Origin: Candidatus Latescibacterota bacterium | GTDB lineage: Bacteria > Latescibacterota > UBA2968 > GCA-2709665 | Assembly: GCA_965208835.1 (NCBI GenBank) | Contig: OZ242358.1 | Location: 1,984,001 to 2,048,000 of the forward strand | Reading direction: 5' to 3' | DNA: 64,000 nt | In this document: piece after piece, positions 9,339 through 19,697 of the stretch | Numbering within the stretch: position 1 is the first letter of the stretch | Layout of the letters: each line of letters opens with the position of its first letter | Made by a program: the position numbers and the translations under genes | The notes under the pieces: generated by a model | What the model saw: only the letters and a program-made list of their open reading frames with translations | Databases searched by the model: none | Told to the model about the DNA's origin: nothing

Positions 9339-10703
9339 ATGGAGCCACATTCGGACAACGGCAATGCAGGGACCGACCGGAATCCGCAGGTTCTGGGCAA
9401 GAATTTCATGTTTCCGCCTCATGTGATCGACGATATACACATAAAGGCGAATCTGGGTCGGTACCGCATGCGCGGCATGGCGCTTTTCAAGGAGATCCCG
9501 TCGTGGGACGACCTGACGTTTCTGCCAGGCACGCTCACCCGGTTCGTCATCGAGGGGTACCGCGAGAAATGCGAAACCAGGACGGTGCTTGGGCCGATGG
9601 CCGAACGGCCGCTGGTGCTGGATATTCCCATTTACGTCACGGGGATGAGTTTCGGCGCGCTGTCTTACGAAGCGAAGGTGGCGCTGGCGAGAGGTGCCAC
9701 AATGGCGGGCACGGCAACCTGTTCCGGAGAAGGCGGAATGCTGCCCGACGAGCGTCGGTATTCGGAGAAGTGGCTGTACCAGTGCATTCAGTCCCGCTAC
9801 GGGTTCAATCCGCACCACATGCGTCTTGCCGACGGCGTGGAGTTTTTCATCGGCCAGGGGTGCAAGGTGGGCCTCGGCGGGCACCTGATGGGCCAGAAGG
9901 TGACGGACCAGGTGGCTGAAATGCGCTCGTTGCCGGCGGGGATCGACCAGCGCTCGCCGGCCAGGCACCCGGATTGGCTGGGTCCCGACGATCTGGCCCT
10001 GAAGATCGAGGAGATTCGGGAAGCCACCAACTGGCAGATACCCATCCAGCTGAAGCTCGGCGCGGCGCGGGTCTACGACGATGTGAGGATGGCCGCCAAG
10101 ACCGGCCCCGACAGCATCTACATGGACGGGATGGAGGGTTCGACGGGGGCGGGCCCCCACCTGGCTACCGAGGAGACGGGCGTGCCGGGTATCGCGGCCA
10201 TCAGGCAGGCCAGAAAGGCGCTGGACGACGTCGGAAAGACCGGGGAGATTACGCTCGTCTATGCGGGAGGCATTCGCAACGGAGCCGACGTGGCCAAGGC
10301 GCTCGCTCTTGGAGCCGACGCGGTAGCCATCGGCACCGCGGCGATGGTGGCGCTGAATTGCAACAAGGATATTCCGGAGGCGGACTACGAGGGAACGGTG
10401 GGCGTTCCTGCGGGATCCTGCTATCATTGCCATACCGGGCTGTGTCCGGTGGGCGTGGCCACCCAGGATCCGGTACTTCGCAGCCGCCTGGACCCGGACG
10501 AGGCGGCAGAACGGGTGTATAATTTCCTGCATACCCTCGCCATCGAATGCCAGATGTTCGCCAGGGCCTGCGGCAAGACCGACGTCCATTCCCTGGAGCC
10601 GGAGGACCTTGCCGCTCTCACGATGGAAGCATCCGCCATGGCGGAGGTGCCGCTTGCCGGCACCCGCTATACGGTGGGGCATCCCGAGATGAACAGGTAT
10701 TGA
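9339..10703 (+). CDS. mgsC: FMN-binding glutamate synthase family protein, N-methylglutamate synthase subunit C (MgsC/GlxD)
   Basis: GMSFGALS, GQGCKVGLGGHL, SPARHPDW, CYHCHTGLCPVGVATQD Fe-S motif. Located in a methylamine cluster with gmaS. Confidence 0.85.
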   Translation: MEPHSDNGNAGTDRNPQVLGKNFMFPPHVIDDIHIKANLGRYRMRGMALFKEIPSWDDLTFLPGTLTRFVIEGYREKCETRTVLGPMAERPLVLDIPIYVTGMSFGALSYEAKVALARGATMAGTATCSGEGGMLPDERRYSEKWLYQCIQSRYGFNPHHMRLADGVEFFIGQGCKVGLGGHLMGQKVTDQVAEMRSLPAGIDQRSPARHPDWLGPDDLALKIEEIREATNWQIPIQLKLGAARVYDDVRMAAKTGPDSIYMDGMEGSTGAGPHLATEETGVPGIAAIRQARKALDDVGKTGEITLVYAGGIRNGADVAKALALGADAVAIGTAAMVALNCNKDIPEADYEGTVGVPAGSCYHCHTGLCPVGVATQDPVLRSRLDPDEAAERVYNFLHTLAIECQMFARACGKTDVHSLEPEDLAALTMEASAMAEVPLAGTRYTVGHPEMNRY

Positions 10704-10804
10704 ACGGCGGGAAGACGCAAGTAGGAAGGAAGAAGGAAGAGGACCGCAACGCACACCACCGGTCTTGCGCTCCACTTTCCGGGACACTGAATCAGGAGAA
10801 TCCG

Positions 10805-11221
10805 ATGGACGAAGCCAGAGACGTGAACTACTACCTGAAGTCCACGGGGCTTGACTCGGACCGCGAGAAGGAAATCGGACAGCACATCGGATACCGGTAC
10901 GACGTGAACCTGCCGCCGGACTATGCGCTCCTGACGCCGTTCCTGAAGGGGTACATCGAGGCGATGGGTTGGCGGGACCTGAACTGGCTGGAAGATGTAC
11001 ATATGGGATACGAAGACGGGAAGCCGGCGGTTTTCGACCGGAATATCAACGGCTGGGTGCTGGTGCCCGAAAATATCGCGCTGCCCGACAACCAGCAGGA
11101 ACGGGACATGATTGCGCGGGAACTGCTCGTCAAGTTCCAGATGTCCGAAGAGCATCCCGTCATGGAGCTTGGCGACGCATACGGAATAAAGCTTGAAGGC
11201 GACGGCGGCGCCCACGGGTAG
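10805..11221 (+). CDS. hypothetical protein (138 aa, acidic)
   Basis: AGGAG RBS, ATG 10805, coding-like codon usage, positioned between mgsC and the ACAD-fold gene. Confidence 0.75.
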   Translation: MDEARDVNYYLKSTGLDSDREKEIGQHIGYRYDVNLPPDYALLTPFLKGYIEAMGWRDLNWLEDVHMGYEDGKPAVFDRNINGWVLVPENIALPDNQQERDMIARELLVKFQMSEEHPVMELGDAYGIKLEGDGGAHG

Positions 11222-11263
11222 GGCGCGGTCGTGTGCGGCATCCTGAAGAAACCGGGAGGCGTT

Positions 11264-12658
11264 ATGAGCAAGTCGAAGATGTGGGGCCCGGATGCGTTCT
11301 GGGGTCTGGACTACGACTGGGACCCTCAGTGGGTATTGACGCACGAACAGAAGGCGCTCCAGGAAAGACTGATCGACCTGTGCCGGACGACGCTGCGGGA
11401 TAACGCGGTTGAAAGCGATCGCGAACTCGTGTTTCCGCGGAAGAACTTCGAGGCGCTGGCTTCGCTGGGCCTCCTGGGATTGAACGTGCCCCGGGATTGG
11501 GGAGGCCTGGGAGAAGACCATACGTGTACTGCGATGGTGGTGGAAACGATCGCGCGTTACGGCTGCGCGAGTACTGCAATGTGTTATACCATGCACGTCG
11601 GTGCCGTCGCCGCCGCCATGTTCCGGGCGCACGGCAATCCGACGCTTCAGGACCTCATGAAACGCCTCGACAGAGACGTGCTGGTGGGTACCCTGTCCTA
11701 TTCGGACCCCGAGACGGGATCCCACTTCTGGTATCCGATATCGTCGGGAGCGGAGCGGGTGGATGGCGGCTGGAAGGTGCGCAAGAAGGCATCGTGGACG
11801 ACGTCCGCGGGTTTTGCCGACTGGTACATCGTGCAGACGACGAGTCCGGATTTCGCCGGCGATTATTCGAATCTGTCGTGTTTTCTCGTCATGGCCGACG
11901 AGGTGAAAGCGGAGCCGTCCCTGTGGGACGGCTTGGGTCTGCGCGGGAATCAGTCCGGCACGCTGGAGGTCGATAACGTCACGATGCCGGAGAGCAGGCT
12001 GGTGGGCCCGGTGGGCGACGGGGCGAATTCCAACGACGAGACTGTGGATCCGTTCTTCCTGTTGTGCTCGTCGGCCTGCTGGAACGGAATCTCACTTGGA
12101 ATGATCGATATCGCCAGGCGGCACACCACCGCCAGGAGGCACGCGGACGTGGGCATGCGGGTGGCGGACTATCCCACGATCCAGGATTACGTGGGCGAGG
12201 CCGTGATCGATACAAACACCTCGCGGTCCTTTGTCTACCTGATGGCCCGGGCGATGGACGACGTCACGAATCAGTGCGACTGGTCGATCCACGAGGACCT
12301 CTCCTGCATGCCGAGGGCTGAGGTGCTGCACTGGATGTGGCAGGTGAAGTTCACCGCGGCGAAGAACGTGGCGAACGTCTCCGACAAGATGCTGCACGCC
12401 TGCGGGGGGACGGGGTACAAGCCCGACCTGGGTATCGAACGGTATCTGCGTGACGGAAAGGCTGGATGGGTGATGGGCCCCACGAATGAGGTCCTGCGCC
12501 AGTTTGTGGGCAAGAGCGTGTTGCTGGGGTTCGATTCACTGGACTATTGGAACCAGTCGGTCAACGAACGGATATTGAGGAACGAACTCAAGAAAATGGA
12601 TGGCGATAGCAAGAAGGAACTCGCGCATCAGCTTCTGGCTGAAACCGACGAGGGGTAA
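11264..12658 (+). CDS. acyl-CoA dehydrogenase-fold flavoprotein, possible two-component monooxygenase
   Basis: GLLGLNVP..WGGLG, SDPETGSH, W.GLGLRGNQS, IERYLRD motifs. GGAGG RBS. Confidence 0.85.
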   Translation: MSKSKMWGPDAFWGLDYDWDPQWVLTHEQKALQERLIDLCRTTLRDNAVESDRELVFPRKNFEALASLGLLGLNVPRDWGGLGEDHTCTAMVVETIARYGCASTAMCYTMHVGAVAAAMFRAHGNPTLQDLMKRLDRDVLVGTLSYSDPETGSHFWYPISSGAERVDGGWKVRKKASWTTSAGFADWYIVQTTSPDFAGDYSNLSCFLVMADEVKAEPSLWDGLGLRGNQSGTLEVDNVTMPESRLVGPVGDGANSNDETVDPFFLLCSSACWNGISLGMIDIARRHTTARRHADVGMRVADYPTIQDYVGEAVIDTNTSRSFVYLMARAMDDVTNQCDWSIHEDLSCMPRAEVLHWMWQVKFTAAKNVANVSDKMLHACGGTGYKPDLGIERYLRDGKAGWVMGPTNEVLRQFVGKSVLLGFDSLDYWNQSVNERILRNELKKMDGDSKKELAHQLLAETDEG

Positions 12659-12852
12659 CCTTGATTCGTAATTCTTCGTGGACGTTAAATCGTATATGTG
12701 CAAGCTGATAAAGGCGATTTGAAGGCGGATTACCAGGATACACCAGGCCAATGGACGTGCAGGGAAAAAACGTCCTTCTATACGTCGATAACACCCTGTT
12801 TCGGAGGGTTTTATCGCGTCGCCACGTTGCTGTTTTTTCGAATTGAGGGTGA
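12656..12852. mobile_element. MITE-like element family A, copy 2
   Basis: TAACCTTGATTCG...TTCGAATTGAGGGTGA. Shares GATAAAGGCGATT and GCGGATTACCAGGATACACC with 22468-22687. Starts at the ACAD stop codon. Confidence 0.75.
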
Positions 12853-15185
12853 TGCCTGAAGACGTCCAAATGACCGGGACGGGACTGCTTAGATGGACGC
12901 CGGGCAGGGAGCGCTATCGGGTGCCGGGCGGTGGGGCGATCGCCCTGGGGCTGGCACAGGGCGACCGGCTGGCGGTCGTCGACGTGGAAGGGCGCCAGCG
13001 CTGCGAACTGGGCGTATTCGGTCCGGACGGCGGCGCCGATCCCTCCCGGCTGGGTCTCCGTGCTGACAGTGCGATGGAGGGTTTCACGGAGGCGCTCCGG
13101 CGCGGGGACGAGAGCGCGCTGGCGGCCCGCGCGGCCCTGCGGCGAAGGGGCATCGACCTCGCGGGCGCCCGGGCGGTACAGGTCTTCGGGGGAGAGACGG
13201 AAGCCGGCGCCGAAACGTGTTTCAACGCCCGGAGAGACGCCGTTTGCGTGATTGCGGCTCCCGGCGGGCCGATGCGGGTGGATGCCCAGGATCCCCCGAC
13301 GGACCTGGAAGTCGTGGTCAGACGCTCGCGCGTGGAAACGCCGGAAAGCCCCCCGCTGCCCGCGCCATTGGGTGACATGCGCCTGGATCTGGAGGTGGAA
13401 AGGGCGTCGGCCATTGCCTACGAGGTAAAGGCCGGAGAGTTCATCCAGGTGATCGACGTCGCCGGGCGCCAGTGTTCCGATTTTCTGGCGTTCGACGCCC
13501 GGCAGCTGCAGCATGGCGTTGAGCGTGGCCTGGATGGGACCACCACGCGGACCCTCATGGGCGCGGCCTATCCCGGTCCGGGCCTCTTTTCGAAGTTTTA
13601 CGACCAGGATATGCAGCCGCTGGTCGAGGTCGTCCGGGATACGGTAGGGCGCCACGATACGTTTGCGCTTGCGTGCACCGCCAAATATTACGAGGATATG
13701 GGTTATCCGGGTCACGTCAACTGTACGGACAACTTCAACGCGGCATTGGACCCGTATACGATTCAGCCCCGGCGCGGCTGGCCAGCCGTCAATTTCTTTT
13801 ACAATACGAGAATCGACGGGAATAACGTCCTGTTTATGGACGAGCCATGGTCTCGTCCGGGCGACCATGTCCTGCTGAAGGCCTTAACGGACCTGGTCTG
13901 TCTGTCGTCCGCGTGTCCGGACGATATCGATCCGGCCAACGGCTGGGAACCAACGGAGATTCAGGTCCGCGTCTACCCTGAACGGTACCGGTTTTCCAGG
14001 GGGATTGCTCACCGGATGACGGCAGACGCCGAGCCCAGGTTGACGAGGGAGACGGCCTTTCATCAGCGCACGTCCTCCCTGACTCGCCATTACGAGGAAT
14101 ACCGCGGGTTCTGGCTTCCCGCGTGTTTTACAGGCAAGGGCGCCGTCGAGGAATATTTCGCCTGCCGCGAGACCGCGGCGGTGATGGACCTGTCCGCGCT
14201 GCGTAAATTCGAGGTCCTCGGGCCGGACGCGGAGGCGTTGCTGCAGTACACGCTGACGCGGGACGTCCGCCGGCTTACTCCGGGGCAGGTGACTTATTCC
14301 GCGATGTGTTACGAAACCGGCGGCATGCTGGACGACGGCACGTTGTTCCGGTTGGGCGCCGAGAATTTCCGGTGGATCTGCGGCGACGATTACGGGGGCA
14401 CGTGGCTGCGCGAGCAGGCGAGTCGGCTCGGGATGCGGGTATGGGTCAGAAACTCGACCGATCAACTCCATAATCTTGCCGTTCAGGGACCCGGAAGCCG
14501 GGATATCCTTCGCAACGTCATCTGGACGCCTCCGTCTCGCCCGTCCCTGGCCGAACTGGGCTGGTTCCGATTCACGGTGGGCCGAATCGGCAATGGAAAC
14601 GGTCCGGCGATTGTCGTATCCAGGACGGGCTATACGGGCGAACTGGGCTACGAGGTATGGTGCCATCCCAACGATGCGCCCGCGGTGCGGGATGCCATCT
14701 GGGAAGCGGGACAGCGGGATGGCCTGAAACCGTTGGGGCTGGAAGCCCTGGACATGCTGCGGATCGAGGCCGGTCTGGCTTTTGCGGGATGCGAGTTTGA
14801 CGACCGGACGGACCCGTTTGAGGCGGGGATCGGCTTCACGGTTCCGCTCAGGCGCAAGAAAGACGACTTTATCGGCAAAGAGGCGCTGATCCGAAGGCGT
14901 TCGCATCCACAACGCGTGCTGGTCGGGCTGGAGGTATCCGGGAATGAACCGGTCGCCACCGGCGACGACGTTTACGACGGGCGCGGCCGCGTTGGCGTGA
15001 TCACGAGCGGCACCCGCTCGCCGATTCTGGGCAGGAATATCGCGCTTTGCCGTATCGCTACCCGGTACGCCGCGGTCGGCGCCGAAGTCGAGGTGGGTAG
15101 GCTGGACGGCCACCAGAAACGTATTGCCGCGCGGGTGGTGCGGTTTCCGTTTTACGATCCGGACAAAACGCGGCTACGTTCCTGA
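12852..15185 (+). CDS. tdm: trimethylamine N-oxide demethylase (DUF1989 + GcvT aminomethyltransferase domains)
   Basis: DUF1989 region with HDTFALAC-x12-H-xx-C and a third Cys 64 residues later (SAC), the spacing I recall for Tdm metal ligands. GcvT domain DLSALRKFEVLGPDA, SRTGYTGELGYE, PFYDP.K. Confidence 0.85.
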   Translation: MPEDVQMTGTGLLRWTPGRERYRVPGGGAIALGLAQGDRLAVVDVEGRQRCELGVFGPDGGADPSRLGLRADSAMEGFTEALRRGDESALAARAALRRRGIDLAGARAVQVFGGETEAGAETCFNARRDAVCVIAAPGGPMRVDAQDPPTDLEVVVRRSRVETPESPPLPAPLGDMRLDLEVERASAIAYEVKAGEFIQVIDVAGRQCSDFLAFDARQLQHGVERGLDGTTTRTLMGAAYPGPGLFSKFYDQDMQPLVEVVRDTVGRHDTFALACTAKYYEDMGYPGHVNCTDNFNAALDPYTIQPRRGWPAVNFFYNTRIDGNNVLFMDEPWSRPGDHVLLKALTDLVCLSSACPDDIDPANGWEPTEIQVRVYPERYRFSRGIAHRMTADAEPRLTRETAFHQRTSSLTRHYEEYRGFWLPACFTGKGAVEEYFACRETAAVMDLSALRKFEVLGPDAEALLQYTLTRDVRRLTPGQVTYSAMCYETGGMLDDGTLFRLGAENFRWICGDDYGGTWLREQASRLGMRVWVRNSTDQLHNLAVQGPGSRDILRNVIWTPPSRPSLAELGWFRFTVGRIGNGNGPAIVVSRTGYTGELGYEVWCHPNDAPAVRDAIWEAGQRDGLKPLGLEALDMLRIEAGLAFAGCEFDDRTDPFEAGIGFTVPLRRKKDDFIGKEALIRRRSHPQRVLVGLEVSGNEPVATGDDVYDGRGRVGVITSGTRSPILGRNIALCRIATRYAAVGAEVEVGRLDGHQKRIAARVVRFPFYDPDKTRLRS

Positions 15186-15288
15186 TTACAGCTTCCAGGA
15201 TCCGCAATGCTTCTCCCGCCGACGTCGTACCCACGATAGTGCCCTGAAGCTTCGCGTTGGACGGCGCTCTCATTGAGAGGGTATCGGA

Positions 15289-15780
15289 ATGGCCTTCGAC
15301 CCGATGGAGCAACGTCGGATTATGGGTTGTTTTGCAACCGGCGTCACCGTTGTCACCACGGTTGCAGGCGGCGAATACAGGGGAATGACAGCCAATGCCG
15401 TGACCTCGCTTTCGCTTGATCCCCCTCTGGTCATGGTATCCGTTGACAAGGGGGCGCAGATGCACGCCCATTTGACGGAAAGCCGGTATTTCGCATTGAA
15501 TATCCTCAGCGAGGATCAGGAAGCGGTTTCAACGCAGTTTGCCAGACCGGGTCCCAAGGACTTCTCGAACGTGGCCACGACGACGGTCCGGACCGGTGCC
15601 CCCGTCCTCACGGACGCACTGGGCCACGTGGAATGTCTGCTGGCCGACGTGTTGCAGGCCGGCGACCACGATATTTTCGTTGGCAAAATTGTTGCGGGCG
15701 ATGCGGGTTCAGGTCGTCCGCTTCTGTTTTACCAGGGAGAGTATCGCCGGATTTCGGACGGAACCGCTTCTCAGATCTGA
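15289..15780 (+). CDS. flavin reductase (DIM6/NTAB family)
   Basis: FATGVTVVT, GMTANAVTSLSLDPPLV, AGDHDIFVG, PLLFYQGEY. Confidence 0.92.
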   Translation: MAFDPMEQRRIMGCFATGVTVVTTVAGGEYRGMTANAVTSLSLDPPLVMVSVDKGAQMHAHLTESRYFALNILSEDQEAVSTQFARPGPKDFSNVATTTVRTGAPVLTDALGHVECLLADVLQAGDHDIFVGKIVAGDAGSGRPLLFYQGEYRRISDGTASQI

Positions 15781-15833
15781 CGGACACCTGTCGCGGAGTC
15801 GCGCATTCTTCAGGTTCAATACGGAGGGATTAA

Positions 15834-17228
15834 ATGGACAACGAACTCAGTGCATTGACCGTGGTGTTTACGGAATTCTATTACTGGATTTGTATCGTGC
15901 TCATGTTCCTCATCCACGTCGGCTTCTGTCTGTACGAAGTCGGCGTGTCCAGGAGGAAGAATATGATGCACACCCTTATGAAGAACGCGATGCTGATTCC
16001 TCTGGTCACCATTACGTTCTATTTTTTCGGGTGGTGGATCTATTTCGCCGTGCAGAACGGCCCCGGGATTACGGGCGGGCTGATCGAAGCCGCGTGGGCT
16101 ACGCCCTGGAATGAGCTGATGGGTACGCATATGGGTGGCAAGCCGCACGGCGGCGGGCTGACAGGAGACGATACGGCGCTATGGGCGCGGCTGAACGGCG
16201 TGTTCTGGGCGGCGTTTCTGCTGTTCTCATGGACGGCGGGATCGATTCTCTCGGGTGCGGTCATCGAACGCATCCGATCCGGCGCGTTCTGGATTTTCGC
16301 GGTGCTGGTGGGATCGGTTACCTGGGTGATCGACGCGGCGTGGGGCTGGTCCGCCGACGGCTGGATGGTTCAGGTACTGGGATACCACGACGCATACGCC
16401 TCCGGTGTGATCCACGCGATCAGCGGCGGGTCCGCGCTGGCGATCCTCTACCACCTGGGGCCGCGAATCGGCAGATTCAGGTCCGACGGTTCTCCCAGAA
16501 ACTTCCCGCCTCAAAACACCTGGCTGGTCGTTATCGGTCTGTTCCTGATCTATACGGGGTTCTGGGGCTTTTACGCGGCCTGCAACGTGCCCATCATGGA
16601 CGTGGACCCCGCCAGCGACCGGGCGTTCTTTTCTGCCACCACGATTTACCTGACGCCCACGACGCTCAGCGCCATCACGTTCAACTTTCTGATGTCGCTC
16701 GCCGGCGGATTGATCATGGGGTATTTCGTTTCCAAGGGCGACCCTTACTGGACCTTCTCCGGTGGACTGGCCGGCATCATCACGGCATCGGCCGGCAATG
16801 ATCTGTACCATCCGATGCAGGCGCTGCTCATCGGCGCATTCGGCACGTTCTGCATGTACAAGTTGCACAACTGGGTCGAGAAACGGTTCAGGATCGACGA
16901 TGCGGTGGGCGCCGTGGCGGTACATGGCTATGCCGGGGTTATCGGGGTGATTGTCGCGGGCTTCGTACTCTGGGGATATCCGGGCGCCAATCCCGCGTAC
17001 GCTCCGATTACGCCGTGGGGACAGACGCTCGGCGCCGTCATCATGTTCTTTGTGCTGGGCTTTCTGCCCTGCTACGTCCTGGGGGCGATCCTCAAGAAAC
17101 TCGGCATTCTGCGCATTCCGGCGCGGATTGAAATTGCGGGTCTGGATCATGTGGCCATTCAGAACGAAAATGCGGATGCGGACGAACTCGCTCAGGCCGA
17201 AATCGACGAAGCGCGGGCAGGCAGCTAG
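15834..17228 (+). CDS. amt: ammonium/methylamine transporter (Amt family, divergent)
   Basis: About 11 TM segments, SGAVIER, LGPRIGRF, IDDAVGAVAVHG, twin His retained. Confidence 0.88.
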   Translation: MDNELSALTVVFTEFYYWICIVLMFLIHVGFCLYEVGVSRRKNMMHTLMKNAMLIPLVTITFYFFGWWIYFAVQNGPGITGGLIEAAWATPWNELMGTHMGGKPHGGGLTGDDTALWARLNGVFWAAFLLFSWTAGSILSGAVIERIRSGAFWIFAVLVGSVTWVIDAAWGWSADGWMVQVLGYHDAYASGVIHAISGGSALAILYHLGPRIGRFRSDGSPRNFPPQNTWLVVIGLFLIYTGFWGFYAACNVPIMDVDPASDRAFFSATTIYLTPTTLSAITFNFLMSLAGGLIMGYFVSKGDPYWTFSGGLAGIITASAGNDLYHPMQALLIGAFGTFCMYKLHNWVEKRFRIDDAVGAVAVHGYAGVIGVIVAGFVLWGYPGANPAYAPITPWGQTLGAVIMFFVLGFLPCYVLGAILKKLGILRIPARIEIAGLDHVAIQNENADADELAQAEIDEARAGS

Positions 17229-17460
17229 TGTTCTGTCCCGGAAATAAGTTGCCAAAACTCGACCGTCGAGTCGCCTGGCTCGCAAGGCGCCCGAGCGCAG
17301 CCGACCTGCGTAAGGTCGGCGAGCGAGGTGAACATAGCGAGACGGGATGAATCGGCTGTCGAATGGTGAGGAATTTTTGGGACAGGACACAAGTGTTTTG
17401 TTCCGGAAGCAGGTCGCCTGAATCGGCGGTCGTTTGATCGGATGTTTTCGGGACAGGACA
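17229..17460. mobile_element. two tandem MITE-like elements, family D (17229-17389 and 17394-17460)
   Basis: Ends TGTTCTGTCCC...GGGACAGGACA and TGTTTTGTTCC...GGGACAGGACA, flanked by CTAG, CAAG and TTGA. Internal hairpin GCCGACCT-GCGTA-AGGTCGGC. Confidence 0.65.
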
Positions 17461-17476
17461 TTGATAGAAAGGATCT

Positions 17477-19162
17477 ATGCGCGAGCACGACGGTTTGCCG
17501 GACATCGAGATTGCGAGGCGGGCACGCCTGCACCATATCGGCCAGGTCGCGCAGGAATTGGGCGTGCCGGAAGACCAGCTGGAGGTCTACGGCAGGTACA
17601 AGGCCAAGGTCTCGATGGATTTTTACGACAGCCTTGCCGGAAATGCCGCCGGCAAGCTGGTATTGGTCTCGGCGATCAATCCCACGCCTTCCGGCGAGGG
17701 CAAGACAACCACGACCGTGGGCCTGGGCGACGCCCTTAACCGGCTGGGAAAGCGCACGGCAATCTGTCTCAGAGAGCCTTCATTGGGCCCCTGTTTCGGG
17801 ATGAAGGGTGGCGCTGCCGGCGGCGGGATGTCCCAGGTAGCGCCGATGGAGGACATCAACCTGCATTTTACGGGCGATATCCACGCAATTGGCGTCGCCC
17901 ACAACCTGCTCTCGGCAGCGATCGACAACCACGTCCATCACCGGAACAGGCTGGATATCGATCCCCGGCGCGTCCTGTGGAAGCGCGTGATGGACATGAA
18001 CGACCGCGCGCTTCGGGAAATCGTCGTCGGTCTGGGAGGTACGGGGAACTCCTATCCACGTGAATCGGGATTTGAAATCACGGTCGCATCGGAAGTGATG
18101 GCTGTTTTTTGCCTTTCGGAGTCGCTCGACGAGCTTCGGGAGCGGCTGGGCCGGATCATTGTGGCGTATACGCGGTCCAATGAACCGGTTACGGCGGCGG
18201 ACCTCAATGTGCACGGTGCGATGGCCGTGCTGCTGAGAGACGCGCTGATGCCGAACCTGGTGCAGACCCTGGAGAACAACCCGGCAATCGTTCACGGGGG
18301 TCCGTTCGCCAATATCGCGCACGGTTGCAATTCGGTGATCGCGACCAAGCTGGCCATGCGACTGTCCGAATACACCGTAACCGAAGCCGGATTCGGTGCG
18401 GATCTGGGCGCGGAGAAATTTCTGAATATCAAGTGCCGTCAGGCCGGCATCCGCCCGGACGTGGTGGTGCTGGTGGCGACGGTCCGGGGGCTGAAATACC
18501 ATGGCGGGATGTCACCCAGGCGGCTGTCGGACGCCAACCCGGCCGCGCTGAAAAAGGGTCTCGTGAATCTGAGGAAGCATATCGAAAACATCCGGCGTTT
18601 CGGCCTCACAGCTGTCGTGGCCGTGAACCGGTTTCTTTCCGACACGTCCGGTGAGATCGCTCTGATTCAGGACAGCTGCGCCGATATGGATCTGCCGATC
18701 GTTCCATCGGATCACTGGGCGAAGGGGGGGAGCGGCGCGGAGGCGCTTGCGCGAAGGGTTGTCGAGGCCGCGGAAACGGCTTCCTGCAGTTTCAAGTTTC
18801 TCTATCCCGATAATCTGCGGTTGTGGGACAAGGCCAGGATCGTCGCCCGGGAAGTCTACGGCGCCGACGATATTATGGGGGACAAACGGTTGAGAGCCCG
18901 GTTCGCAAAGCTCGAGGAAGCGGGGCACGGAAAGCTTCCGGTCTGTATGGCCAAGACCCAGTATTCGCTCTCGACGGATCCGGGATTGAAGGGCAGACCG
19001 AGGGGTTTCGACGTGCCCATCCGCGACGTGAGGGTGTCCGCCGGGGCAGGTTTTGTGGTCGTGTATACCGGAGACGTCATGACAATGCCGGGGCTTCCGC
19101 GCAGGCCGTCTGCCGAGGCGATCGATTATGATGAAGCCGGACACACGGTCGGTCTGTTCTGA
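17477..19162 (+). CDS. fhs: formate--tetrahydrofolate ligase
   Basis: [65 protein letters not shown]. Confidence 0.97.
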   Translation: MREHDGLPDIEIARRARLHHIGQVAQELGVPEDQLEVYGRYKAKVSMDFYDSLAGNAAGKLVLVSAINPTPSGEGKTTTTVGLGDALNRLGKRTAICLREPSLGPCFGMKGGAAGGGMSQVAPMEDINLHFTGDIHAIGVAHNLLSAAIDNHVHHRNRLDIDPRRVLWKRVMDMNDRALREIVVGLGGTGNSYPRESGFEITVASEVMAVFCLSESLDELRERLGRIIVAYTRSNEPVTAADLNVHGAMAVLLRDALMPNLVQTLENNPAIVHGGPFANIAHGCNSVIATKLAMRLSEYTVTEAGFGADLGAEKFLNIKCRQAGIRPDVVVLVATVRGLKYHGGMSPRRLSDANPAALKKGLVNLRKHIENIRRFGLTAVVAVNRFLSDTSGEIALIQDSCADMDLPIVPSDHWAKGGSGAEALARRVVEAAETASCSFKFLYPDNLRLWDKARIVAREVYGADDIMGDKRLRARFAKLEEAGHGKLPVCMAKTQYSLSTDPGLKGRPRGFDVPIRDVRVSAGAGFVVVYTGDVMTMPGLPRRPSAEAIDYDEAGHTVGLF

Positions 19163-19196
19163 AAGCGGAACCTGTATCGATGTCAGCCACGGACAT

Positions 19197-19403
19197 TTCG
19201 TCTCTTCGTCTTCTCGCTTTGCGAAACTACGAATGTACGAAACTACGAAAAAGCTGGTACATCACTCGTCTTTTCATAGTCTCGTATTCTCGTTTCTTCG
19301 CGTTATTCGTTGTCTGGTTTTCGGTTCTTGGTTTTTTGTCGTTTCGTAGTCTCGTAGTCTCGTAGTCTCGTATTCTCGCTTCTTCGCGTATTTCGTCGTT
19401 TCT
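19197..19403. repeat. 8-bp-phased tandem-repeat hairpin element, copy 1
   Basis: (ACGAAACT)-like arm, core AAGCTGGTACATCACTCGTCTT, (CTCGTAGT)-like arm. Inverted homolog at 47744-47944. Confidence 0.75.
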
Positions 19404-19440
19404 GGCGTAATTTTCCGGGCAACTTCAAAGGAGGAGGCAG

Positions 19441-19671
19441 ATGAGAACGGGTTTGATCGAAACGTGGGCGGGGAATCCGGCCGACGTGGGTCCGATGTAT
19501 CCCTTTGTCGGGTCCGAGGTTCCTCTATTTGTGGTTTGCATTGTTTTATGGATTGCGTACACGATCTGGCAGATCAAACACGAGAATGCAACTTATGCTG
19601 CCGAGCTGGATCAGTTGGCCGAGGCAGAATCGCCCGCATCGGCGACGGATACTGAGAACAGGAATTCCTAA
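19441..19671 (+). CDS. small single-pass membrane protein of methylamine/Amt clusters
   Basis: GGAGGAGG RBS. W......DVGPMYPF.GSE motif followed by one TM helix. Confidence 0.75.
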   Translation: MRTGLIETWAGNPADVGPMYPFVGSEVPLFVVCIVLWIAYTIWQIKHENATYAAELDQLAEAESPASATDTENRNS

Positions 19672-19697
19672 CATGGATTTAGTGGGGAGAACTGACG

